Under the pieces are notes generated by a model. It did not search any database, was not told the origin of the DNA, and saw only the letters and a program-made list of their open reading frames with translations. A program made the position numbers and the translations under genes. Of a stretch of 64,000 nt of DNA, positions 34,563-42,084 are shown in pieces (the first letter of the stretch is position 1; every line of letters begins with the position of its first letter). The DNA lies in contig CACOPA010000003.1 of assembly GCA_902628925.1 (NCBI GenBank), positions 98,485 through 162,484 on the forward strand. The letters are read 5' to 3'. Source of the stretch: an uncultured SAR86 cluster bacterium. GTDB lineage: Bacteria; Pseudomonadota; Gammaproteobacteria; Magnimaribacterales; D2472.

Positions 34563-35060
34563 ATGGAATTAGACTTTAGAGCTTTACAAGTAATCGCTGA
34601 AGTTGCCCTAGGCATAGTAGGATTCTCAGCAATTCTTATAGCACTAAGTAGATCAGAGGATGGTTTCACGGAACCAGATAATTTTAGAATACAACTCCTA
34701 ACATTTTCGGCATTTGGTGCGATGTTTTGTGCGTTATTACCATTTGCAATTTTTAATGCTGATAATCCATCCATGAGCTGGAGTATTATTAGCACTGTTT
34801 TGTGTATATATTCAGTGATTGGATTACTAATCTTCCCTAGACGAGTTATAGGGTTAAGAAAAAAAGGCTACCAAGACCTTTTTCCTATAGGAATTGTTGC
34901 AATACAACAGGGAATCCTTGCAATAAATTTTATATTATCTGGAATGATGGTTGTCGATGTGCTTTCGCAAAAAAATAACATTTACCTGTTTTGCCTAATT
35001 TTATTCTTAGTTCAGAGCACCATTGCCTTCATAAGGACTATGTTTTTTAGAGTTAAATAA
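34563..35060 (+). CDS. Hypothetical integral membrane protein
   Basis: 165 aa with about 5 TM helices. No family assigned. Confidence 0.6.
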   Translation: MELDFRALQVIAEVALGIVGFSAILIALSRSEDGFTEPDNFRIQLLTFSAFGAMFCALLPFAIFNADNPSMSWSIISTVLCIYSVIGLLIFPRRVIGLRKKGYQDLFPIGIVAIQQGILAINFILSGMMVVDVLSQKNNIYLFCLILFLVQSTIAFIRTMFFRVK

Positions 35061-35091
35061 AATTTCATTGATTTCTAAATCAACATAACTA

Positions 35092-35119
35092 TTTACATAT
35101 TTACAATTTTGCTTATTAT
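35092..35119 (+). promoter_or_regulatory. Candidate sigma70 promoter of the arg leader/operon
   Basis: TTTACA (35092-35097), a 16-nt spacer, then TATTAT (35114-35119). The predicted start falls around 35126-35127, at the ATG of the putative leader ORF. Confidence 0.3.
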
Positions 35120-35126
35120 TGAGGAA

Positions 35127-35225
35127 ATGAATTGCTTTAATCAAATTAATACACGGAGACAGCTAATATAGCTGGGCTATTTTTTTTGTTAAAGAACCCA
35201 GCTGACGCTGGGTTTTTTGTTTTTT
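35127..35225 (+). promoter_or_regulatory. Putative arginine-operon leader: 14-codon ORF with tandem Arg codons plus alternative hairpins (attenuator)
   Basis: The ORF ATG..TAG (35127-35171) encodes MNCFNQINTRRQLI. Segment 1 is CAGCTA (35160-65), segment 2 TAGCTGGG (35169-76), segment 3 CCCAGCT (35197-203), and segment 4 GCTGGG (35207-12) followed by a T-tract. Pairings 1:2, 2:3 and 3:4 are all possible. Confidence 0.4.
35195..35225 (+). terminator. Intrinsic terminator hairpin immediately upstream of argF'
   Basis: AACCCAGC-TGAC-GCTGGGTT followed by TTTTGTTTTTT. Only 13 nt lie between the T-tract and the argF' ATG. Confidence 0.75.
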
Positions 35226-35238
35226 AGGGTACAAAAAT

Positions 35239-36240
35239 ATGGATGATATCAGACACTTTATTTCGACTAATGACTGGAGTAAGAATGACCTGCAGGCAAT
35301 TATTGATGGAGCTGTAAAACTTAAGGCTTCACCTTTTCAAGCATCCCTTCAGAATAAATCAGTTGCAATGTTATTTTTCAATCCATCACTCAGAACCAAG
35401 ACAAGTTTTGAAGTTGGTATTAGCGAGCTATCAGGCACTGCTATTATTTTACAACCTGGTAAGGATGCTTGGCCTATTGAGTTTGAGGATGGAGTCATAA
35501 TGGATCAAGAACCTGAGGAGCATGTCAAAGAAGTTGCGCAAGTTCTTTCTGAATACTGTGATTGCATTGCCATCAGAGCTTTTCCAAAGTTTATAGACTG
35601 GAATATTGACAGGACTGATCACGTAATTAAAAGTTTTGCAAAATATGCATCTGTTCCTGTAATTAATATGGAAACCATTGAGCATCCTTGTCAGGAATTA
35701 GCTCACTTAATGACTTTACAGGAAACGTTAGGATCTCTTGAGGGAAAAGATTATTTGCTCACCTGGACTTATCATCCCAAACCATTAAATACTGCTGTAG
35801 CAAATTCTAGCCTTCTAATTGCAAGCAAGTTTGGAATGAATGTGAAGCTTCTTTGTCCTTCTGAGGATTATTTGTTGGATAGACGATATCTTGATTATGC
35901 TGAAGAGGCCTGCAGCAAAAATAATAAAAGCTTTGAAATTACTCATGATATTAATGCTGGCTATGATGGAGCCAATATCGTTTATGCAAAAAGCTGGGGG
36001 TCTCTAAATTTTTATGGAAATCCAAAAGATGAATTTGAGGTTAGAAAAAACTTTAAACACTTTATCGTAGATGAAGAAAAAATGGAGTTAACCAATAATG
36101 CTCTTTTTAGTCACTGCCTTCCTTTAAGAAGAAATGTAAAGGCAACAGATGAAGTCATGGATTCTCCTAATTGCGTAGCCATCCAAGAGGCTGCGAATAG
36201 AAAACATGTGCAAAAGTCACTTTTAACAAAAATCTTATGA
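35239..36240 (+). CDS. argF': N-acetylornithine (or N-succinylornithine) carbamoyltransferase, ArgF'-type
   Basis: Transcarbamylase motifs SLRTKTSFE (S-x-R-T), HPCQELA and HCLPLRRN. The sequence otherwise diverges from classical OTC. The gene context matches the Xanthomonas acetylcitrulline pathway. Confidence 0.8.
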   Translation: MDDIRHFISTNDWSKNDLQAIIDGAVKLKASPFQASLQNKSVAMLFFNPSLRTKTSFEVGISELSGTAIILQPGKDAWPIEFEDGVIMDQEPEEHVKEVAQVLSEYCDCIAIRAFPKFIDWNIDRTDHVIKSFAKYASVPVINMETIEHPCQELAHLMTLQETLGSLEGKDYLLTWTYHPKPLNTAVANSSLLIASKFGMNVKLLCPSEDYLLDRRYLDYAEEACSKNNKSFEITHDINAGYDGANIVYAKSWGSLNFYGNPKDEFEVRKNFKHFIVDEEKMELTNNALFSHCLPLRRNVKATDEVMDSPNCVAIQEAANRKHVQKSLLTKIL

Positions 36241-36248
36241 GGAAATCT

Positions 36249-37436
36249 ATGAAAAAAATAGTTTTAGCATTTTCGGGAGGCTTAGATACGAGTTTCTGTA
36301 TCCCTTACCTTATTGAGCAAGGTTATGAAGTGCATACCTTATTTGTCAATACCGGCGGTATTTCAATCAGTGAGGAAAAACATCTATCTAACAGAGCAAT
36401 TCAACTTGGTGCCAAAAAGCACAAGAATGTAAATGTTGAAACTAAGCTTTGGGATCAAGTTTTGGTTCCGTTAATCTTTTCGGGTGCACTTTACCAAAAT
36501 AGATATCCTGTCCTATGTTCGGACAGATATTTGATAGTAAGTGAGTCCATCAAATTATGTAAAAAGCTTAATACTAAATATATTGCTCATGGGTGCACTG
36601 GTATGGGAAATGATCAGGTAAGGTTTGATACATCCATTAATGCCTTAGGTTCATTCAACATCATTACTCCAATCAGAGATATTCAAAATATTACTGATAG
36701 TGTCAGGGACTATGAAATCAATTATCTGAAGCAAAGAGGGATTAGCGTCTCAAGCCTACATAAGAAATACAGCATCAATGAAAATCTAATGGGAGCAACT
36801 ATTTCTGGATCAGAGATTGATGTCTGGAAGGCTCCAAAAGCAGAGAGTTATGTCTTATGTAACTTACCTGAAGATTATCCTAAAAGAACAAAAAAGATTT
36901 CAATTAAATTTAATAAAGGAAAGCCTGTTGCCATTAACGGTACAAAAGTAAAAGGACCTGAGTTGCTACGCCACCTAAATAAAATAGGGGGTAAATACGG
37001 CATTGGAAGGAGTATTTTTGCCAGTGATACCATCATAGGATTAAAGGGCAGATTTGTCTTTGAAGCGCCAGGAATTTCAATTTTAATGACTGCTCACAGA
37101 GCTCTAGAGGAAAGTGTTCTTACGGATAAACAGAATCACTTTAAGTCAATGGTTGGTCAAGAATGGGTAAACCTTGTCTATCGTGGTTTCTTTTTTGATC
37201 CGCAGCGAGAAGATCTTGTAGCATATCTAAACTCATCGCAAACAAAAGTCACCGGAGATGTAACTATTCAACTTGAGCCAGGTAAAGCCGAAGCAATTGC
37301 AGTTGATTCAAAAAATGTACTTATTAGTGCAGAAGGATCTTATGCTCAGTCAGCTAAATGGTCAGATGATGAATCCAAGGGATTCATTAAACTTTTAGGT
37401 CAAAGTACTTCTACTTGGGCAAAACTTCATAAATAA
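36249..37436 (+). CDS. argG: Argininosuccinate synthase
   Basis: MKKIVLAFSGGLDTS (ATP pyrophosphatase P-loop). GAGGA lies 5 nt upstream of ATG 36249. The ORF also opens at ATG 36237. Confidence 0.95.
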   Translation: MKKIVLAFSGGLDTSFCIPYLIEQGYEVHTLFVNTGGISISEEKHLSNRAIQLGAKKHKNVNVETKLWDQVLVPLIFSGALYQNRYPVLCSDRYLIVSESIKLCKKLNTKYIAHGCTGMGNDQVRFDTSINALGSFNIITPIRDIQNITDSVRDYEINYLKQRGISVSSLHKKYSINENLMGATISGSEIDVWKAPKAESYVLCNLPEDYPKRTKKISIKFNKGKPVAINGTKVKGPELLRHLNKIGGKYGIGRSIFASDTIIGLKGRFVFEAPGISILMTAHRALEESVLTDKQNHFKSMVGQEWVNLVYRGFFFDPQREDLVAYLNSSQTKVTGDVTIQLEPGKAEAIAVDSKNVLISAEGSYAQSAKWSDDESKGFIKLLGQSTSTWAKLHK

Positions 37437-37439
37437 GTC

Positions 37440-38504
37440 ATGGAAGATCTATTTAATTCAGCTATCAAGCATCTTCAACAATTGGTTTCATTTGATACCT
37501 CAAATCCTCCAAGGGCAATTTCAGAATCCGGATTATTAGATTATTTGGAATCCATTGCTGGTCACAATTTATCCATCACTGATCATGGTAATGGTTCTTA
37601 TAATTGCTTAATACAGCAAGGCAATCCTAAGCATTTAATTAATGTTCATTTAGATACCGTTCCAGCAGGAGATGGTTGGGAAACAGATCCTTTTAAATTA
37701 CACACAGAAAATGACGTTATTTATGGACTCGGAGCATGTGATATCAAAGGAGCTGCAGCAGCACTTTTGTCATTGATTGAATCCTATGATTCTGAGTATG
37801 CGATTTTATTTAACACCGATGAGGAAGCAGGCAATAGCACCTGCATCAAGAAGTTTTTAGAAGCAGATCATTCTTACGAAGGCATTATAGTCGCAGAGCC
37901 AACTAACAATCTCGCGGTTACATGCCACAGAGGAATTTTTACCGGTACAAAAAAATTTAAGGGTAAAGCTGGACATAGTTCAGAGAAAAGAGGCCTTCAA
38001 GACAGTGCTATCCATAAGCTGATTCATTGGTCAGAAAAAGCATTAAAAGTTGCTGAAGATCATACAGAAACATCTTATGAAAACCTTCATGGCTTAGCTT
38101 TTAATCTTGGTCACATCAACGGCGGTATTAAACCCAATATCATTGCTGAATCTGCAGAAGTGAGACTCGGCTTAAGACCATTGCCAAATCAGGACATCAG
38201 TGAGTTAGTGGCTGAGTTAGGTTTAAGTGATTCCAATGAGGAGGAGTTTATTCAAGGATTTTCAGGTCCCAGTCTGCCAGCACAAGGATCAAATATTGAT
38301 CTAAAGGCTTTCGCAAACAAACTAAATTTATCATTATCATCCCCTGTAAATTTTTGGACCGAAGCATCTTTGTTTAATGAAGCCGGCTATCGTGCGATCG
38401 TTATAGGACCAGGAAATATTGAAAATGCACATCAAGCAAATGAATTTATCCATTTGAGTCAGATCAAGGAATCAATTGAAATATATAAGGGGCTTTTGAA
38501 ATGA
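37440..38504 (+). CDS. argE: M20 family deacylase, acetylornithine/acetylcitrulline deacetylase-like
   Basis: M20 motifs HLDTVP, GACDIKG, TDEEAG and AEPT. It lies within the arg operon. Confidence 0.8.
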   Translation: MEDLFNSAIKHLQQLVSFDTSNPPRAISESGLLDYLESIAGHNLSITDHGNGSYNCLIQQGNPKHLINVHLDTVPAGDGWETDPFKLHTENDVIYGLGACDIKGAAAALLSLIESYDSEYAILFNTDEEAGNSTCIKKFLEADHSYEGIIVAEPTNNLAVTCHRGIFTGTKKFKGKAGHSSEKRGLQDSAIHKLIHWSEKALKVAEDHTETSYENLHGLAFNLGHINGGIKPNIIAESAEVRLGLRPLPNQDISELVAELGLSDSNEEEFIQGFSGPSLPAQGSNIDLKAFANKLNLSLSSPVNFWTEASLFNEAGYRAIVIGPGNIENAHQANEFIHLSQIKESIEIYKGLLK

Positions 38505-39814
38505 CACAAGCCTCAAATATCTTTATCAAAGATACTATCATTAAACTTTTGACTGCAATTGGATCAGAAAAAGAAATCAAAAAATATATAAATAAGTTCT
38601 CTTCAACAGAACAACAATTTGCTGTTATAAAAGTTGGCGGCGCGGTTGTTGAAGATGATCTTGATAATCTAATTTCTTCACTAGTTTTTTTAAATCAAGT
38701 TGGACTAAGACCAATTATTATTCATGGGGGAGGGCCAGGGCTTTCCAAGGAACTCGATGCAAAGAAAATTGACTTTTCATTTATTGATGGTCAAAGAGTT
38801 ACATCTGAAGCAGTCAGAGATGTAGCAATCAATGTCTTTAGTGAAATTAACTCTTTATTAGTAAGACGTTTAAACGAACAAGGAGCATTAGCAATTGGTT
38901 TTAAAGAGGAAATATTTAAATCTGAAAAAAAATCAGAGGAACTTGGTTATGTCGGAGACATTAAGAAAGTAAATATTAAGCCTATTAATGAAGCTATCAA
39001 GGATGGCTTTATTCCAGTGATTTCACCGTTAGGAATTACTGAAACTAATGAGGTGGTTAATATCAATGCAGATATTGCCACAATAAACCTCGTTGAGAAA
39101 ATTAAGCCCTATAAAGTTGTATTTTTATCTCAAGTTGGAGGAATCTATGACAATAATGAATCCTTAATACAATCGATTAACCTTGATCTTGAGTATGAAG
39201 AAATGATGAATGCTGATTGGCTGCATTCAGGAATGCAATTAAAACTAAAACAGATTAAGGAGTTATTGGATTTATTGCCTCGATCATCATCAGTATCGAT
39301 TACAAAACCTATTGACCTGCCAAAAGAATTATTTACTGACTCTGGATCAGGGACGCTGATTAAGCGTGGGCATGGCATAGATATTTTTGAGTCCAAAGAT
39401 CAGGACATTCAGAAAAAATTTTTTAGCATCATAGAAAGCTCATTTAACGGTATTTTAAATAAATCTTTTTTTAGTGATGGCGATTACAAAATTTTTATGA
39501 CGACCTGCGAACGAGCAGCTATTGCTGTTTCTATGGAATACAAAGTTCCTTACATGGATAAATTTGGTGTTATTGCTGAAGCTAAAGGCGAGGGAATTGG
39601 CTCCGCAATTTTTCATGAAATGAAAAAAGAATTTCCCGAGATTTTTTGGCGCTCTAAATCAAATAATCCAATCAATAAATTTTACCTTTCCATGGCAGAT
39701 GGATATCAAAAAACAGGAGAGTGGGATATTTTCTGGATGGGAATTAATGACTACAGCAAATTAAATGAGTGCATTAATTTCGCAGTATCAAAACAGCAAA
39801 CCATCAGTTATTAA
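38501..39814 (+). CDS. argB: Bifunctional N-acetylglutamate synthase/kinase (vertebrate-like NAGS/K, ArgA/B)
   Basis: The N-terminal amino-acid-kinase domain has AVIKVGGAVV and IIIHGGGP. A ~150-aa C-terminal GNAT-like domain follows. At 437 aa it is too long for plain ArgB. Confidence 0.8.
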   Translation: MTQASNIFIKDTIIKLLTAIGSEKEIKKYINKFSSTEQQFAVIKVGGAVVEDDLDNLISSLVFLNQVGLRPIIIHGGGPGLSKELDAKKIDFSFIDGQRVTSEAVRDVAINVFSEINSLLVRRLNEQGALAIGFKEEIFKSEKKSEELGYVGDIKKVNIKPINEAIKDGFIPVISPLGITETNEVVNINADIATINLVEKIKPYKVVFLSQVGGIYDNNESLIQSINLDLEYEEMMNADWLHSGMQLKLKQIKELLDLLPRSSSVSITKPIDLPKELFTDSGSGTLIKRGHGIDIFESKDQDIQKKFFSIIESSFNGILNKSFFSDGDYKIFMTTCERAAIAVSMEYKVPYMDKFGVIAEAKGEGIGSAIFHEMKKEFPEIFWRSKSNNPINKFYLSMADGYQKTGEWDIFWMGINDYSKLNECINFAVSKQQTISY

Positions 39815-39815
39815 C

Positions 39816-40748
39816 ATGTCAAAGAAAATTAGCATCATTGGGGGAAGAGGATTTACTGGCCAAGAGCTTATCAAGCTTATTGAATCTCATCCTGAATTTG
39901 AACTTGCACAAGCATTTTCATCATCAGTGGCAGGTGAGGAAATCATGATCGATGAGCGTAAGCTTAAAAAAACTTATGCTTCACTTAATGAAAATACTGA
40001 GTTTGTTGAGGAAGATGCTTTTATTATGGCTCTTCCAAATAATAAAGCTGCCAAATGGGCTGACAAGATATCTAAACAAAACTCGCAAGCTATTATTCTT
40101 GATTTGAGTGCCGACCATCGTTTTGATAGTGAATGGCAATACAGTGTTCCTGAGTTAACTCATACTATTGGTGGAAATAAGATAAGCAATCCAGGTTGCT
40201 ACGCAACAGCAATGCAATTAATGCTTGCACCCATAAATAAAATGATTGATGGAGAGGTAAATTTTTTTGGGATTTCTGGATACAGCGGAGCGGGTGCAAC
40301 TCCAAATGATAGAAATGATCCTGATAAATTAAAAAATAACATTATTCCCTATTCGCTTAATAATCATATTCATGAAAAAGAGGTAAGTTTTCATATGCAA
40401 AGGGAAATAAACTTTATGCCTCATGTAGCAGATTTCTTTAGAGGAATCTTAATCACTGGAAATTTTTCTCTAAAGAGCCAATGTTCATCACAAGAGACTA
40501 GGAATATCTTTGATGATTTTTATGATGAGCATTCTTTTATAGTTATAAAAGAAGAATTCCCCTCAATATCAGAGGTTATCAACACACCCAATGCCATGAT
40601 AGGTGGATTTAATATTGATGAATCAAAAAAGCGATTAAGCTTTTGTTGTTCAATTGATAATCTACTAAAAGGAGCAGCATCACAAGCCATACAAAATTTA
40701 AATAATGTAATGAATTTTGACGAGAAGTTAGGACTACAGAAGAGATAG
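39816..40748 (+). CDS. argC: N-acetyl-gamma-glutamyl-phosphate reductase
   Basis: ISIIGGRGFTGQELI (NAD fold) and active-site NPGCYAT. ATG 39816 lies 1 nt after the argB stop and is preferred over the longer ORF start at 39765. Confidence 0.9.
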   Translation: MSKKISIIGGRGFTGQELIKLIESHPEFELAQAFSSSVAGEEIMIDERKLKKTYASLNENTEFVEEDAFIMALPNNKAAKWADKISKQNSQAIILDLSADHRFDSEWQYSVPELTHTIGGNKISNPGCYATAMQLMLAPINKMIDGEVNFFGISGYSGAGATPNDRNDPDKLKNNIIPYSLNNHIHEKEVSFHMQREINFMPHVADFFRGILITGNFSLKSQCSSQETRNIFDDFYDEHSFIVIKEEFPSISEVINTPNAMIGGFNIDESKKRLSFCCSIDNLLKGAASQAIQNLNNVMNFDEKLGLQKR

Positions 40749-40753
40749 AAACT

Positions 40754-42034
40754 ATGAAAATTTGGAATTCTAAGAATCAAAAAATAAATCAAAAAGTAGA
40801 CACCTTTTTAAGTGGTGAAGACATAAATCTTGATAATGAGATATTTATATTTGATGTAGATGCATCCATTGCGCACACTGAGGAATTGCTTGCAATAAAT
40901 CTACTTACAGGAAATGAAGCTTCTTTGTTAAAAAGAGAGCTTAAGAAAATTAAAAAAGATTTTTTATCTGGCAAGCTTAGTCTTAATAAAAAATTTGAAG
41001 ACTGCCACTCGGCTATTGAATATCTATTAATCAAAGAACTTGGAGATATTGGCAAGAAGATTCATACCGGCAGAAGTAGAAATGATCAGGTACTGGTTGC
41101 CCTTAGACTTTATCAACAACACTATTTAAAAATTATCAGGGATTTAGTGCTAAAGCTCGCTAAAGAACTTTTAAGTAAGTCAAAGCAAAATGAATATTTA
41201 CCAATGCCTGGTTATACCCATCTGCAAAGAGCAATGCCATCAACATGGGGGTTATGGTTTTCTTCTTATGTGGAAGCATTTTTAGATGATGTTGAGTTAT
41301 TAGATGCAATTTCAGATTGGACTAATATCAATCCCCTAGGAACGGCTGCAGGCTATGGAGTTAATTTACCTATCAAAAGAAAGCTTTCAACCAAGAAGCT
41401 GGGCTTTAGAAGATCTCAAGTAAATGCTTTATATGTTCAAAATAGCAGAGGCAAAATGGATTTAGAAATTTTAGGTGCTTTGAAGCAACCTTTTTTAGAT
41501 TTAAGAAAATTATCATGGGATTTGAGCTTATTTACTTCAACGGAATTTAATTTAATTGAGATTGGTAAGGAATTTACAACCGGATCTTCTATTATGCCTA
41601 ATAAGTCAAACCCCGATACCGTAGAGATAATGAGAGCCAATTATGCAAAACTTGCAGGTTATTATGCTGAAATTGAGAACTTAATCTCACTCCCTAGCGG
41701 CTATCACAGGGATTTGCAGATATCTAAAGGAGCAATCATAAATGCATTTAATATATGCGAATCTTCATTTTCTCTGGCACCTGCATTAATAAAATCATTA
41801 AAAATCAATAAAAAGAGAGCTTCAGAGATGATTGACTCTGATATGCAAATGACTGATCAGGCAAATGCGCTCGTTCAGCAAGGCATACCTTTTAGGGATG
41901 CTTATAGGTCTGTAAAGAATAATCCCAACAAGTATAAAAGTTTATCTTCAAAAACATATGCTTCATCGGTTGGGTCTGCAAATAACTTAAAGTTAAATCT
42001 TTTATCATCAAGATTAAAAAAATTAGCAAAATAA
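40754..42034 (+). CDS. argH: Argininosuccinate lyase
   Basis: Fumarate-lyase signature GSSIMPNKSNPD, plus TGRSRNDQV and GYTHLQRA. Confidence 0.9.
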   Translation: MKIWNSKNQKINQKVDTFLSGEDINLDNEIFIFDVDASIAHTEELLAINLLTGNEASLLKRELKKIKKDFLSGKLSLNKKFEDCHSAIEYLLIKELGDIGKKIHTGRSRNDQVLVALRLYQQHYLKIIRDLVLKLAKELLSKSKQNEYLPMPGYTHLQRAMPSTWGLWFSSYVEAFLDDVELLDAISDWTNINPLGTAAGYGVNLPIKRKLSTKKLGFRRSQVNALYVQNSRGKMDLEILGALKQPFLDLRKLSWDLSLFTSTEFNLIEIGKEFTTGSSIMPNKSNPDTVEIMRANYAKLAGYYAEIENLISLPSGYHRDLQISKGAIINAFNICESSFSLAPALIKSLKINKKRASEMIDSDMQMTDQANALVQQGIPFRDAYRSVKNNPNKYKSLSSKTYASSVGSANNLKLNLLSSRLKKLAK

Positions 42035-42084
42035 TTAGGTCTTCATAAATTAAACAACTATGATTTTTTTGCTAGAATCTTTGT

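Noticed and set aside
34335-34795. Two track ORFs (34335..34553 on the plus strand and 34451..34795 on the minus strand) spanning the tRNA-Leu region.
   Set aside because: Both run through a well-folding tRNA-Leu gene, and the minus-strand ORF also lies antisense to a plausible membrane-protein gene. They are most likely spurious.
34396-35060. A possible genomic island or integration hotspot at tRNA-Leu.
   Set aside because: There is no integrase, transposase or phage gene. I noticed no direct repeat of the tRNA 3' end. The flanking genes are small membrane proteins and core arginine genes.
35127-35145. An ARG-box-like sequence (TGAATTGCTTTAATCA) upstream of the arg operon as an ArgR operator.
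   Set aside because: It is only a loose resemblance to the TGAAT-N-ATTCA type palindrome (the right half is ATCA rather than ATTCA). It is a single copy and lies inside the putative leader ORF. It is not convincing.
35158-35187. The first hairpin (CAGCTA-ATA-TAGCTG) plus T-run as an independent terminator of the upstream gene.
   Set aside because: The stem is only 6 bp with a 3-nt loop, and the T-run starts 5 nt after the stem. It is better explained as the 1:2 element of the proposed attenuator.
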